Below are positions 12,945 through 26,110 of a DNA stretch of 64,000 nucleotides, in pieces. The stretch is taken from assembly GCA_965649765.1 (NCBI GenBank), contig OZ287748.1, forward strand, positions 57,412,001 to 57,476,000, read 5' to 3'. The notes beneath the pieces were generated by a model, which worked only from the letters and a program-made list of their open reading frames with translations, did not search any database and was not told the origin of the DNA. This DNA comes from Bispira polyomma (Eukaryota). Position 1 is the stretch's first letter. Every line of letters starts with the position of its first letter. Position numbers and translations under genes: made by a program.

Positions 12945-15431
12945 ATGCCAAAATGGAGAAGAATCAGCCGGAATTTATTGTGGAGACTAGTTCGGTTCCT
13001 GACTGCAATTCTTTATGTTTGGAATATCGCCTTTATGGCCAAGTGTGTGTCTGCACAAATCACAGTGGAATACAGAATCTTAGATAACATCACCGAGGGC
13101 ACCGCCATAGGAAACATGGAAACGGATGCAGAATTATCACAGAAATACACCCGGGATGAGCTATCCATCATGTCATTTATATTCCTCCCCAGCACACTCC
13201 ACCACCAATACTGGCATTATTTTAAGCTGAGCCCAGAAACTGGAGGGCTTTCTTCTGCAACTAATGTGGACCGCGATGAAATCTGCCCACAAATGAGCCA
13301 ATGCGACGTCCACCTCTCTGTCGCAATACAACCCGCCAAGTATTTTCAGCTTATACGTGTGCGCATCGTCTTCGACGATTACAATGACAATCCTCCCAGC
13401 TTCACTAAGAAATTGATAAAATTATCAGTTGCCGAGACAGTTTCCCCTGGCTTGCTATTGCAAGTTCCGCCAGCTGTTGATCCTGATTCTCCAGAAAACG
13501 GGATCAAGGGATATACTCTTATCTGTGATAAAGAACTCTTCCAGTTAGTTGTGTTAGCCAATTCTTCCACATCTTCCAGCAGTACAAACTCTGTGGACAA
13601 CAAGATGGAGTACTTACCCACGGACACTAATTCAGAATTAAAAGTGATGCTTTTACAGTCATTAGATAGGGAATATAAAGCAGAACATGAGCTGGTTCTT
13701 ATAGCCTACGATGATGGACAACCTGAGGCTCTGAAGGGAAATATGACTATCACTGTCAAAGTTGATGATGTCAATGATAATTCTCCTAAATTTTTAAACC
13801 CATCATTGACTGCTAAGGTCCTGGAAAATTCCATAAAAGGCAGCTTGGTGATTTATATGAGTGCTTTTGATCCTGACGAAGGGGCCAACGGAAAGATTGT
13901 ATATAGGTTTTCCAATGAGACAATCAGAAAGTACGGTGACCAGTTTAAAATCAAGTCAAGTGGAGGTAAGATAACTCTGAAAACAAGATTGGACTACGAA
14001 CAGAAAGCGCAGTACAGCCTCGACGTCATTGCTCAAGATTTGGGCTCACACAGTTTTCCCGCCACTGCCAAAGTGATAGTAGAGGTGGTTGATTTGAACG
14101 ACAACAGCCCGGATATCGTAGTGCAGCCCCAGTATGAGGAAAACAAATTGGTTGTAGTGGAAAACTCTAAACCCGGTGCTAGTATTGCCTTCATATCAGC
14201 AACTGATAAAGATAGCTCTCAAAATGGCATTGTCTCGTGTCGGATGGACCAAAAAAGCTACGAGGTCTTTGAACTCATCCAAGTTTTTGACGGGGAGTAC
14301 AAGCTGGTAACTAGAGTCAAATTAGACAGGGAACAAAAGGCTGGCTATGACGTCACCATCAGTTGTAAGGACATGGGGAATCCCCCACAGGAAACGGATG
14401 TGACTTTGGAAGTGATTGTCTTGGATGAGAACGACCACATCCCCACGTTTGAGAGGGACATATATGAATGTGCTCTGCTTGAAAATACTCCCACCCAAAC
14501 AAATCTACTGCAAGTCAAGGCTAATGAGCCAGATTCAGGGATAAATGGAATCATAACTTACAAACTTGATAAAGATGCTGGGCGGGCCTTTGTGATCAAT
14601 GAGACCACTGGGGTTATTGATGTAGTGACAGCTTTTAACAGAGAAACAGTGGGAGACTTAATTGAATTTCGTGTACTGGCAATAGACACAGCTATTGTTC
14701 CCCAGACTTCTACTGCCACAGTTAAAGTCAGCATACTAGATGTGGACGATAATGGTCCAAAGTTTGTGAAACCCAAATATATATTTCATATTTATGAAAA
14801 CACTGAAGGGGAGACAGCCTTAGGACATGTTACAGCTGATGATAGTGATGAATTTCCCTATAATAGGTTCTCCTATTATCTAAGCCTTGATTCAAAGTCA
14901 GATGTCTCCGCTTTCCATGTGGATCCTAAAAGTGGCCAGGTCTGGGCCAAAAAAGCCTTTGACAGGGAAAAACATCAATGGCATTTTGTGACCATTATTG
15001 CTCAGTCTGACGATAAGCCTAATCACCAAGACCAGACCTTAGTACAGATCTACATCAAAGACAAAAATGACAATGCCCCCAATGTCACCTTCCCCAGTAT
15101 AAACAATGACAAGGTCTATATATCCAGCTTAATAACTGCTGGCACCGAGGTCGCTCAGGTGAAAGCCTTTGATTCAGATGAAGGGTTGAATAGCAAGTTA
15201 CGCTATTACTTTCCTAGTGTAAAGATCAACAAATATCCATTTTCTATACTGGAAGAAACTGGCCAAGTGTTTGTGAGTGGAAACGTCTCTAATTTTGTAC
15301 ACAAGGTTTTTGTAGTGGAGCTGGTGGTGAGGGACAGAGGCCAGGAACCTTTGTCTGCCAAAACTGTGATCAACATGATAGTGACAAACAAGATATCCCA
15401 ACAGAATACCTGGGACAGGGAAAGGATGGCA
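12945..15431 (+). CDS. protocadherin (delta1-like, 7 EC repeats), coding exon 1: signal peptide plus EC1-EC7
   Basis: Seven cadherin repeats with DRE/DYE, DxD and DxNDN motifs; EC1 has DRDEIC-x5-C typical of protocadherins. Upstream acceptor TTTTCTATAG|G at 12566/12567; phase-0 donor GCA|GTAAGT at 15431/15432. ATG 12945 is preferred over the TTG at 12912. Confidence 0.92.
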
Positions 15432-15995
15432 GTAAGTATTGTATTAGGGTCAGTTGTAATACCTGGGACAGGGTATCAGAAAGTATTGTATTAAGGTCAG
15501 CTGTAATACCTGAGACAGGGAAATAATGGCAGGGCAGTAAGTATTGTATCAGGGTCGCTTGTAATAGTTGGGACAGGGAAAGGATGGCAGTAAGTATTGT
15601 ATTAGGGTCAGTTGTAATAGCTGGGACAGAGTGGCAGTAAGTATTGTATTAGGGTCAGTTGTAATAGCTGGGACAGAGTGGCAGTAAGTATTGTATTAGG
15701 GTCAGTTGTAATAGTTGAGACAGGGTGGCAATAAGTATTGTATTAGGGTCAGTTGTAATAGTTGAGACAGGGTGGCAGTAAGTATTGTATTAGGGTTAGT
15801 TGTAATAGTTGAGACAGGGGGTAGTAAGTATTGTATTAGGGTCAGTTGTAATAGTTGAGACAGGGTGGCAGTAAGTATTGTGTAAGGGTCAGTTGTAATA
15901 GTTGAGACAGGGTGGCAGTAAGTATTGTGTAAGGGTCAGTTGTAATAGCTGGGACAGAGTGGCAGTAAGTATTGTATCAGGGTCACTTGTAATAT
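15405..15995 (+). repeat. 47-bp minisatellite (~12 units) derived from the exon 1/intron junction
   Basis: Unit GGCAGTAAGTATTGTATTAGGGTCAGTTGTAATAG(C/T)TG(G/A)GACAG(A/G)GT. Confidence 0.95.
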
Positions 15996-16264
15996 GCTGC
16001 CTAATTACAGGCAACCATAACCAGTAACTGTGATTGCCATAATTAAAGACAGAAGCTTGATGATGACCATTCATCAACTTACTCAAGGTTCTTTAGCCTA
16101 CCACAATTGCTTAAGTGGTCATCCGAGTCACTATGTATCTATGTATCTGTTTGAGCAAGGTAAGGATTGAACCAAGGTACTTCTAAGGTGTTCCTAAGTG
16201 AGTGTTTTAACAACTAGGACAGAATGACATACACGAGTGGGGATAAGTTATAGATTTTTATTTA

Positions 16265-16430
16265 CATTTATTTGTGTTTCACGTCACTTTCAACATCTTT
16301 TGGCATATTTTGAGGGCCACATAAATCTGGTTGAGGAAATTAGTATCACATGTATTTGTACTGGAAACCACCGACCACCGCAGGTAACTGATAAACTTTC
16401 TCACACGAAGGAAGCACTGGGTTTTAATCC
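16265..16430 (-). mobile_element. Meta-like SINE fragment
   Basis: Minus strand GTGTGAGAAAGTTTATCAGTTACCTGCGGTGGTCGGTGGTTTCC...TTGAAAAGTGACGTGAAACAC. Confidence 0.6.
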
Positions 16431-17147
16431 AACTACCCTCTGAGTTGAAATGCCATTGATAATAAGAGAAATACTTTTGCTGCCCTCTAGGGTTTAGTCG
16501 TAGAGGAAAAAAAAACCCTTTATAGAAACAAGTTACAGGATGCTTGGATTTAAAAAAAAAATATGTTAACAAATTTTGAAATCACGTGATATACTTGGCT
16601 TATGAATGTTCCCTTCACTAAATGAACCTGTGCAAGGTCTTAAGGTCTGACATTTGTAACAGCTGTATTCCCTTGGCATTCCATGCCAAAGCAAACCTTG
16701 TGGTATATGTGTGTGCGGTGAACTTAATCAAATTATCAACGTGTTTAGAAGGAAGCTTGACAAGCCATTGCAGATGGCTGAATTAAAAACGAAAGTACTA
16801 TTCTATGTAAAACTTGAGGAATAAGGTTATTTTTAGATCTAATTATGTCCCAAAGTGAGATGGCCCTTTTAAATTTAATATATGACCTCTCCAATAAACT
16901 AACACCATTCATGCTTTAATTGTAAGATAATCAAAATTAATATAATGGATAGCTGGGTTCTAGTTGTGACCAGGATGTTGGGCCCTAGTTTAATGCATGG
17001 TATCTGCATAGTATTCAATATTTAAGTCAACAGGTAAAATCTTTCAAAATCAAGCCTATTCAAGAAAATTGCCTTTTCATCAATATAAGATGCTATACGA
17101 GTGAGCCATTTCTGTGAGAGGAACACGCACCAAATCTTCTCTAGTGT

Positions 17148-17753
17148 CCTGGTCACACCTACACGTTCTAGCGCTACGTTTGTGTCACGTTGTGTGAATT
17201 TAGGAAATGTTTTGAAACGTAGTAGGAAGTGAGGATCCCTTCTCTTATTGTTTCTTTACGTTTTGGGACGTTTTACGACGGATGATATCGTTCCGGAAAC
17301 ATCTCTGTTTCGTCTTTTTCCTGTAGTGTTTCAAACTGTTTCCCGTTTCTCCCCGTTTCTCTGTTCGTCCCCGAACGTTTCCGAAAGTAGCATAGACGTA
17401 TCAGTAAGTAGCTTTATGTAATAGTAGGTAGCGAGGAAGTCCCAGTAAGTAGTGAGATAGTCTCCGTTAGCCAAGAAAGTTTCATTAAGCAGCAGAAGGC
17501 AGCAGAACGCAGCCGTAAGTAGCAGTACATTACTTCTATGTAATAGTAGGTAGTGATATCCTACCAGTAAAGGGTCCGTTTTTTGTTCCCTCTTCGTGTG
17601 TACAAGTACCAATATCGTCACGAAACGTCACAAAACGTCACAATCGACTACCTCTTTAGGGAAATGACGTCACTTTAATACAATACTACCACGTTTTCAG
17701 TGTATATTGCTTAGGTACGTTCGGGGACGTTAGCACGTGTAGGTGTGACCAGG
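17148..17753. mobile_element. MITE / non-autonomous DNA transposon (possibly PIF/Harbinger-like)
   Basis: 19-bp perfect terminal inverted repeat CCTGGTCACACCTACACGT (17148-17166 / 17735-17753); CpG-rich non-coding interior. Confidence 0.85.
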
Positions 17754-17773
17754 CCATAAAGAAACACTCTGAT

Positions 17774-17875
17774 CTGGGGCCGTATTCACTAACATACTAA
17801 CATACATCTTAGGCTTAACTCTACCACAAAAAGTATACTAGATTTAAGCCCAAAACTGTTAGTGAATAGGGCCAT
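17774..17875. mobile_element. short palindromic MITE
   Basis: TIR GGCCGTATTCACTAAC / GTTAGTGAATAGGGCC; same family as 25543-25644. Confidence 0.75.
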
Positions 17876-18148
17876 GAATCTCTGAGAACGAGAGTAAAGG
17901 ATTCTTACATAAAAACCAAACAGCCCCATTTGAGTACAGAATAATCTGCGGCTGTAATTCGTGAAGTATTGTGAGTCAGCCAAGCTGTAAAGGAAGAAAT
18001 GTAGTGATTATTAGCTTCCCCTTAGATTTAAAGCTAGCCTTATCGAGGCCTTTTATGTTTGTATATTATATTGTTAAAATTACTGTTAAATACTGAAATA
18101 TTTTGTGAGATAACTGAGGGTTTTTAATGACTGATTCATTCTACAGTC

Positions 18149-18357
18149 GGGGCTGTGGTGGCCTTGTGGTTAGAAACATCACTGGCCTCTTACCGATGTG
18201 AGTTTGAATCCAATTCTTTCCTTCATGTGGGAAAGTTTGTCAAGTATTTGCTGTAGGTCTGTGGTTTACAGTGACTCCATCACCTGTGGCTTCAACCATT
18301 GAATCTGGCCATTATGATATGACCAAATCTGTTAAAATCAACATTAAAAAACAAACT
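18149..18357 (+). mobile_element. Meta-like tRNA-derived SINE
   Basis: GTGGCCTTGTGGTTAG, GAGTTTGAATCC, CATGTGGGAAAGTTTGTCA, tail ACATTAAAAAACAAAC. Confidence 0.65.
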
Positions 18358-19702
18358 TAAAATATATACACACATCACTGAATCCAGATATACGGATTCA
18401 TTGCTACTAATAAATCAATATGAAATTAGGAAAGTTGCATAAGTCATTTGTATAATCAAAATACAGATCAACCTATTCGATATGAAAATAATGAGGACCG
18501 TAAGAACCAAACCTTGGTTCAGTTCATTCATATCATCTGGCAAATCTTCCAGCTGTTCATCCATTTGCAATTCACAAAACCAGGCTTGGTATATATTTAT
18601 GTACAGATAATTCGTGATTTGATGTATAAATTAGCCATCAGGTGTACCATATTATGTAAAACTGTATCATTATGTTCATTTAAAATAGGTATAAATATTT
18701 ACATAAATACTTTGTTGAAACCTAGATTAAGCCTAAGATCCAGGCTAGTAAGTAACTTGTTTATGCTGATGTATTAGGAGCTATTGTAGTATGAAATGTT
18801 CTGGGGTTTACTGGTTTGTTATTAAGGGCTCCCGTGGACCATTCATTCACACTATTGTTTGAGGTAAAGGTCAAAGCAGGAAATCCCTGAACAGACGGCT
18901 GATTACCAATGAGTTTGTAAATAAATAATACCCATACCACCACCTGGACTTGGGGGATACTGAGTGTGAGGTGATCATGTGTGTGTGACTAAAGTAGCAC
19001 TGGCTAGAAGTACTGACTCAATTTGAATATGTGGTTATTTAGCAAACAATCACTGTGTATTGTATGTATTATTATATACACAAGCAAGTAGCCTACAAGG
19101 CCTACAAATGTCATTAAAAATATTTCAATAGTAATAAATTTCAATAGCAATAACATCTACAGAAAATAAATTAGACTCTGACCATATGAATTTAGCAAAT
19201 AAAAATAACTAGATACCAGTGGTCAATCAACTTGAAAATATTGTATTCGACCACTAATTTAATTTAACTGTAAAGCACTGTGTTGATTGGTCAGCCTACT
19301 CATTTTTATTAGTGATACAAGGGGATGCTTATTTTTAATTATAAAACTCAGTGTGGCAAAATTGAGATAAGTTAAACTTATTTTAAACCTCACATAACAC
19401 GGCATAAATTGTTTTCTTGTTTATATTATATCTAATTTTGAAATATATTTGTCATTGAAAGGTTTACTTCGAGCTAATATTTATCATATTCTGAAAACTA
19501 TTACTGAATACTATCATCCTCAATTTCCAAGATTGCAGACTGTATTCTCTATATTCTATCCTGGCAGATGTAACATGTTATGTGGTCAGATTTTAACCAG
19601 TGGATTTCACATTTAAATTTAATACTATACATTAATTGTTTTTATAATTTGTCATTTTTAAACAGATAAATGGGTGATTATCACTCTCCAAAAGTGTTCA
19701 GG

Positions 19703-19935
19703 GATTTTAGTGGTGCAGTGGTAATACATTCGCCTTCCACCCCTGCCATCATGGGTTCCAATCTCGGCCCGAACGTGCATGTGGGATAAAATTTGTAGTA
19801 TACCTGCCTAATATCAGTAGTTTGCAGAGCAGAAAACACTAACAAACCACCTCTGATTCTGATATCCTCCACCAGTGAACTTCCAATAATGATTACCCCT
19901 AAAAAAACATGTTTAAGGTAACGTTAAACCTAAAC
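19703..19935 (+). mobile_element. Meta-like tRNA-derived SINE
   Basis: TGGTGCAGTGG, GGTTCCAATCTC, CATGTGGG, CCTCCACC, tail ACGTTAAACCTAAAC. Confidence 0.65.
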
Positions 19936-20028
19936 TATTCCCAAACTAAATCTGTTCAGTTCTTATAGGTTCTATAGGATAAATTTGATAAAACATGTTT
20001 GTAGAAAGTATTTTCTATTTGTTTCCAG

Positions 20029-20329
20029 CGTGACCGAGGCATGTCCATGGCAGTGCGGATTGCGATCCTATCAATGGTTGTGGTTATGGCTGTGGTGTCC
20101 ATTTTTGGTGGGAGCATGCTTATCCGGCTCTGGGTTGTACGAAAGAAGAAGAAAAATCCTCTGGGATCATCCAGTCTTCCATCGCTCCATATGAACAGCA
20201 ATGGTTACATCCCTGGGAGCATGCAGTATGGCACTGATTCAGGAGAAGAGGAGTTTGAAACAGAGGAAGAACGCTGGATTGTACAGTCACATAAGACACC
20301 TAATGGTATCAATGCAGAAAGCTATGAAG
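20029..20329 (+). CDS. protocadherin coding exon 2: transmembrane helix and juxtamembrane region
   Basis: Acceptor TTTCCAG|CGT (phase 0); hydrophobic IAILSMVVVMAVVSIFGGSMLI followed by RKKKK stop-transfer; donor GAAG|GTAAAA (phase 1). Confidence 0.85.
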
Positions 20330-20760
20330 GTAAAAGTATTGTTTATATGTGTCCTAAGACATTTTTGTATTCTGGTACATTTATAGGAACTTTCTTTTAG
20401 CTGTATTGAACAACTAAATAAAGCTTATATCACTCGGTCAATATTACTGATTTAAAGTTACCTTCTGATACATATACTATAAGTAACAGTACAATTTTAC
20501 TTTATTTTTAATGCTAGCTCAGCTTTGCACGCTTGACTAGTTTTCCAATCTATAATACACAAAAGACTAAAAGCAATGTTTGTTCATGAAACAATTTTTT
20601 TGCCTTTGTGCAGGTTTGTGCATGGTACTCTGTCGGCTAGGTATTTATACTATTTAGCAATACTATAAACCTACAATATTACCTAATTTGGTATGACATG
20701 CTAACTTCTGAATTTGTATTTAGGGACTTATGTACTCATCATTTGTTTTTCTGTTTATAG

Positions 20761-22055
20761 ATCTAACACAGCCATTTGATACCATGAAGACATACAAGTC
20801 TGAGGATTCATACGAAAACAAATCCAGTCATCCAAGTAGCTCTATTTCACCCAGTACTAGCTATTCAACGGAGACACAACAAAGTGGTATCATCCGCAAA
20901 CAGAGGAGACGCTCCTTACCCCAAGCTCCTTCCACAGAGACATGTAAAGTCATCAATAACTGGAAGACCAGCTATGGCTCAATGAACAGGAAACTACTTC
21001 CAAAAGGTCCAGACAGGTATAACAACAGCAGCAGTAGTATTAGAAGAAAGGAAGCTGGTGATCTATACAGGAACTTTAGTATGGATAGCAATGGGGTCAT
21101 CTACAAAAATAGGCAGGTTAAACAACCTGACTTGCAGAGAGCAGTAGGGGAAGGACATCCTAAGTATCAGGCCTTTCCAGACTTAGTACTGCATCAATAT
21201 AAGAAGAAAATAGTGCAGTTCACAGAAGGGTCGAAAAAGTTATCTGCTAAGCCATACGAGGATCCGTGGAACAAAATTCATTTGAACAGAGACCGACTCA
21301 AACATTCAATACCGGGACACTGTACCATTATAGACAGAAGTGAAACTTCTAATGATGAGAGTATTAGCAATAGTTCCGGGAACCATACCGGTAAACAGCC
21401 ATTTGTTCCAACCGTGCAGAGAGATCGAGGAAAATTTGGTAGCGTAAACAAAGCAGATGTTGTGTATAGACCAAAGGAAAGATACAAAGTGTGCATTGAA
21501 AATCAATGGCAAACTAGAAACAATAAAGACTTGAGCAAACCGGTAATCAGAGTAGAAGCCCCTACTCCAACACCTAACTGTGATATGGAAGGGATGCAAA
21601 GACAATTGGTAAAAGTCCCACCGGCGACAAACCAGGCATATGCAGAAGCCATAGAAAGGCAGCTAAAGAGAAGCTGCAGCCTTAGTGAAGATAAATTCAT
21701 ACCTTCTGGTAGGCAACCTAGAATGCATTACAAAAGCGACCTTAACATTGCAAATAACATACCAGTGTCACGTGATCGCATTATTAAACCAGTTAGAGTC
21801 CATGTGAATGGCTACCACCATGGTTCTCAGAATTTTGCTAAAACTTTACCCCATCTTGACAAAGGCAGAAATCCAACAAGTGTACCAATGAATGGATTAG
21901 AGTCTAGTATGTATAGAAATCTGGGTAGAAACCAGGGTTGCATGACCAGGGCTTTGCGTGGATATAATCCAAAGATTGCCGCCTCGTCTAAACAGAAGCA
22001 ATATCTATCCATGATAGAATTGGATGCGGTGGATTCAGATAGTAGTTACATTTAA
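20761..22055 (+). CDS. protocadherin coding exon 3: long S/R/K-rich cytoplasmic tail
   Basis: Acceptor TTTATAG|AT (phase 1, matches exon 2); open to TAA at 22053-22055; AATAAA nearby at ~22118. Total CDS 4083 nt. Confidence 0.82.
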
Positions 22056-23487
22056 TGACATATTTCATCTACTCCCTCGCAAGCTGTTATTAGTAGGTTT
22101 TGCTGAAATAGTTTCAAAATAAAGCATTATAAAATTGATAAAATTCGCTATAAATAATGAACAAGAGGTGAGGACATAATATGGTATTATCTATTTGAAG
22201 TTATTTCTTCTGACTTTTTACCTTTCCATATTCATTTATCGCTCACTTTTTCAGTTTGCAAACTATAGATAATATCAACAACAGAAATGACAGGTCACAT
22301 GTATATGAGCGATAATGAAGTGATTTTATGCAAATTTGGTTTTCTCTTCCGATTGATCGCAGGCAGCAGTTGAAACTATAAACTTCCATATAAGGATATT
22401 TAACCGTCTTCGATCTTTGACTAGGGAAGAACCACCGCCAACAATATGCTACATGCTATAAAGTGATGACATTTATTCAAATATTATCTGATATATGAGC
22501 ATAATTAGTTCAAAAAGTATCTTATAGGTGTACCTCTATCAAATATGTGTATCCAATATGTTCAAATTCTTTCAACAGTTGGGCTGTGTGAATTATTGTA
22601 ATATCACTCACATTGCTTGTGACATACATTATTTTTCTTTGGCAATTCTTGTCAGTCTTTGGTTTAAAACATGATTTTAAGAAAAAATAGTAAACTCCTG
22701 TGATTCCGATAATGTCTACTTGCCGATAATACCTTGCAGAGCAGTACTTTCAAACATGTCTTATATTTTGGTACTTTAGCCATTTTCATTGCTTCCCCTT
22801 TTACAAAGTACCAACATTAAGCTATGGGAACTTACAGATTAGGATATTTTTGTTCAGAATATAGTTGTATGATAGGCTTTATCATACTACTCTACAATCA
22901 ATCGATATATATTACCACATGGGTGAAGATTGTTATAAACCACCTTTAGCCATCACTAAAGTGTGTAAATCTTATTGTTTATGTCATGTCCAATATAATG
23001 TATTGGAGTCATATTTGTTAAAGAACCCAATAAAGGGCCAAATAAATCCATACCGTTCCAGGCTATACAAACATATAAAGCAGGTCAGCTGGTATTGTCT
23101 TAACCAATGAACTCTTGTTGTAGTTTAATCAGGCCTCATATAACATACCTAACATACCAAGAGTATGTGACTATAAACATGTACCAAGTATAGGGTATAA
23201 TACTACTAGATATAACTGTTTACAGGCTTAAAATACAGGTTTTCAGTGCTTGTGTTAGGATGAAATACTTTGTGATAATTTTTTTGTTTTGTGTCTCAAG
23301 GTTGTAACAGACTTACCACATTGTATTGAAGCCATATTAGTCATCCGCTCAAGTAAATCATTTTTTATAGCATTCTCATGTTGTTGCAAGTACATAATTG
23401 TGTAACTTTAACTGGTAATAACAATAAGTAACTGATGTATCATATTAATTATATGTGTATATATATATATGTATACTGATAAATTAT

Positions 23488-23680
23488 GGTATATTTATGC
23501 TATACATAATGACATTTTTATTCTCAAAATATAATACTTTAGTACATTTGTACTATAAATTATGACATTTTTAATTTTGGAAATATAATATTTAGGTATA
23601 TTTATATTATAAATTGTGACATTTTTGTTATAAAATTATAACATTTACGTATATTTATGCTATAAATTGTGGCATTTTTT
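23488..23680. repeat. AT-rich tandem repeat, ~53-bp unit x4 (probable 3' UTR region)
   Basis: GTATATTTATGCTATAAATTGTGACATTTTT-like core recurs four times. Confidence 0.7.
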
Positions 23681-25542
23681 CACTTAAAAAATCTATCCAT
23701 CATAGTATTACATCATATAATATAAATCAGAGGTAATTTGTCAATATATGGACTTAGGTACTATACAGGTATTGTATACATTTGATACATTACAGCTATT
23801 GTAAACACATTTAATCCTACCCTGAGAGATCTAAGAGATCATATATCCCTGCATTAAATAAAGCAGTCGCAAGGATGTTCAACATTAACAAAAGTAGTTC
23901 ACAATGTACTCTTACAGGTTTTATTGAATCCCCTCCCCGAACAAATTGACTCTTGACATGATCTAATGATTTAGTTTTGTTCTTTTTTTTAACTCTCTTA
24001 TTTGAACTACATTGAATGTGTATACCTTGTCTTATAATTGGTTTATTCTATAAAACTTTTATTATCTTATGTGTTACTTATATGTCGGTAGTTTATTTTG
24101 TAGTTATGTCTGTTACATTTCATTCAAATAATTTGTTTGTTTGTTTTGGTTTGAGCTCAATATGCACATATATATATACACTGGTAACTTTTGCACATAG
24201 ATTCAAGGCTAAACTGTATGTCTGATTTACATGCTCAAATATCTTATATTATCGGTAGACTTAGATGTTTAACTTATGCAATTCATAGAGTGATAGACTA
24301 AGATGTTGTGTAATATGTTAACCTTTTTTACTGTTACTCCTTATTATTATTATCATCATCATATTGACGATAACCAGATGACCTAACTAGATCTGACTAG
24401 ATTGGTAGGAACTTAAATAAAATTTCCATATGAATATTTGTTTTATTTGAATTTTTATGAATCGTTTACGTTGTGAGAAATTATTCTTTAGCTGAATAAA
24501 TTTACACTATGGTGGAAGTTTATATTACTTTAAATTGCTGATTATTAATTTACCAACATCCTAAGGTTACCTTTACAGTGACCTTTTAGTTAGACCTATA
24601 TACTATACAGAGCTTATGTAGTTTATAAATACTACAGTTTTTTTTAATAAAACATAAAATTAATTACTATATGTTTTGAGATTATAACCCCCCCCTATAC
24701 ATTAAAATAATGTGTGGACATTCAAACCTTTCCCTCACATTACAATTCAGGTGGCAGTTTTGACAAAAGGACTAAGCTGATACCTTGTCTTAGATCTAGT
24801 ATACTTTTGTGGTAGATGTAGAACAATGTCTAGAGTATAGCCCTTTCGTTTATACCACCCTATGCAGTTACATAAATAGCCGTATGACAATATTCAGACA
24901 GAGGGCAACATTTGTCAAATCAGGGATATTTTAAACCAGTTATTTTTTGCCACAACTGCTACAATGGTGAATGTCTTATACAACATTTACAATATACAAG
25001 TAAAAATTATTGTTTCATTTGTAAAGTAGAGCTTGAAAATGTAGGACTTTACAGTTGTCCAAATGCCCTGTGATAAAGTTTGTATGACCTTGAAGTCAAA
25101 GGAAGGTGAAATTATTATTCTGAATTTTTAATGCGCTTTATTAATGCTAGGCATCTTCTGAAGCACAACAACAGAATCATTGATGCAATCGTAAAATGGA
25201 TATGGTGACATGGAGAATTTTTAAATTGAATGAAGTATATCAATACATTTGGACATTATATTCTCAGAATTCCAACATCTAGTTAATATGTTAGTTGGGT
25301 TACAATACATTTTAGTTTACTATACAGTAATGCAGAGAATAATAGGACTTACCCAATCATCAAGAATGATGTGATGAATAAAATGAATATTAAGACATCC
25401 TTGTAATAAAACCACAATATGCAATTAAAATAAAACTTGCTTGGATTAATCTAATTTAATCTAACTTTTATATCGCTCATCCCTGTGCTCATTCTAAAGT
25501 GCATGAGACAGATTTGTCAATTTGATATCACCATTAGATGTT

Positions 25543-25644
25543 CTGGGGCCGTATTCACGAAGGGACTTAGGCTTAAATCAGTATACTTATGTGCTAGATT
25601 TAAGCCTAAGACCTGGCTAAGTCTTTTCGTGAATACGGGCCCAG
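25543..25644. mobile_element. short palindromic MITE
   Basis: CTGGGGCCGTATTCACGAA ... TTCGTGAATACGGGCCCAG with an inner inverted repeat CTTAGGCTTAAATC/GATTTAAGCCTAAG. Confidence 0.8.
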
Positions 25645-25909
25645 GGGTCGTAACACCATGGAGACGCCTGAAAAAGATAAGGAAGTTAAGGTGGAAAAGC
25701 TTTGTTAAATTGGTAGGTTTTTAGCTTTTTTCTAAGACAGACAAGTTGGTTTACAACAATAGGTGGACATGTAACACAGCATTCGGTTGAGCACACCCCT
25801 CTGCTTGTGAGTACAAAGTGGAAAGGTGTCTGTGCTTTACATACAGAGCTTAATCTCTTAAAGTAAGCCAACTGATATAGATATATGTTACATTCAATCT
25901 GTGGCAAAA

Positions 25910-26110
25910 GCCATTATGCGTGATGACTAAAATTTTCAGTCATTTCACGTAATGCCTGAAACCACTAGTCATTACACGTAATGAATAAAACTGTTAGTCA
26001 TTTTGCGTAATGCCTGAAACGAATAGTCATTATGCGTAATGATTAAAATTTTCAATCATTTTGCGTAATGAGTGAAATTATGGTCTAGTTATTATACATA
26101 ATGACTGAAA
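25910..26110. repeat. tandem array (~29-bp unit x7) of a palindromic motif
   Basis: Consensus about AGTCATTA(C/T)(A/G)CGTAATG(A/C)CT repeated. Confidence 0.8.

Noticed and set aside
15432-15494. Hydrophobic end of the 860-aa ORF as the TM domain
   Set aside because: It is read-through into the intronic minisatellite; the real TM helix is in the phase-compatible exon at 20029.
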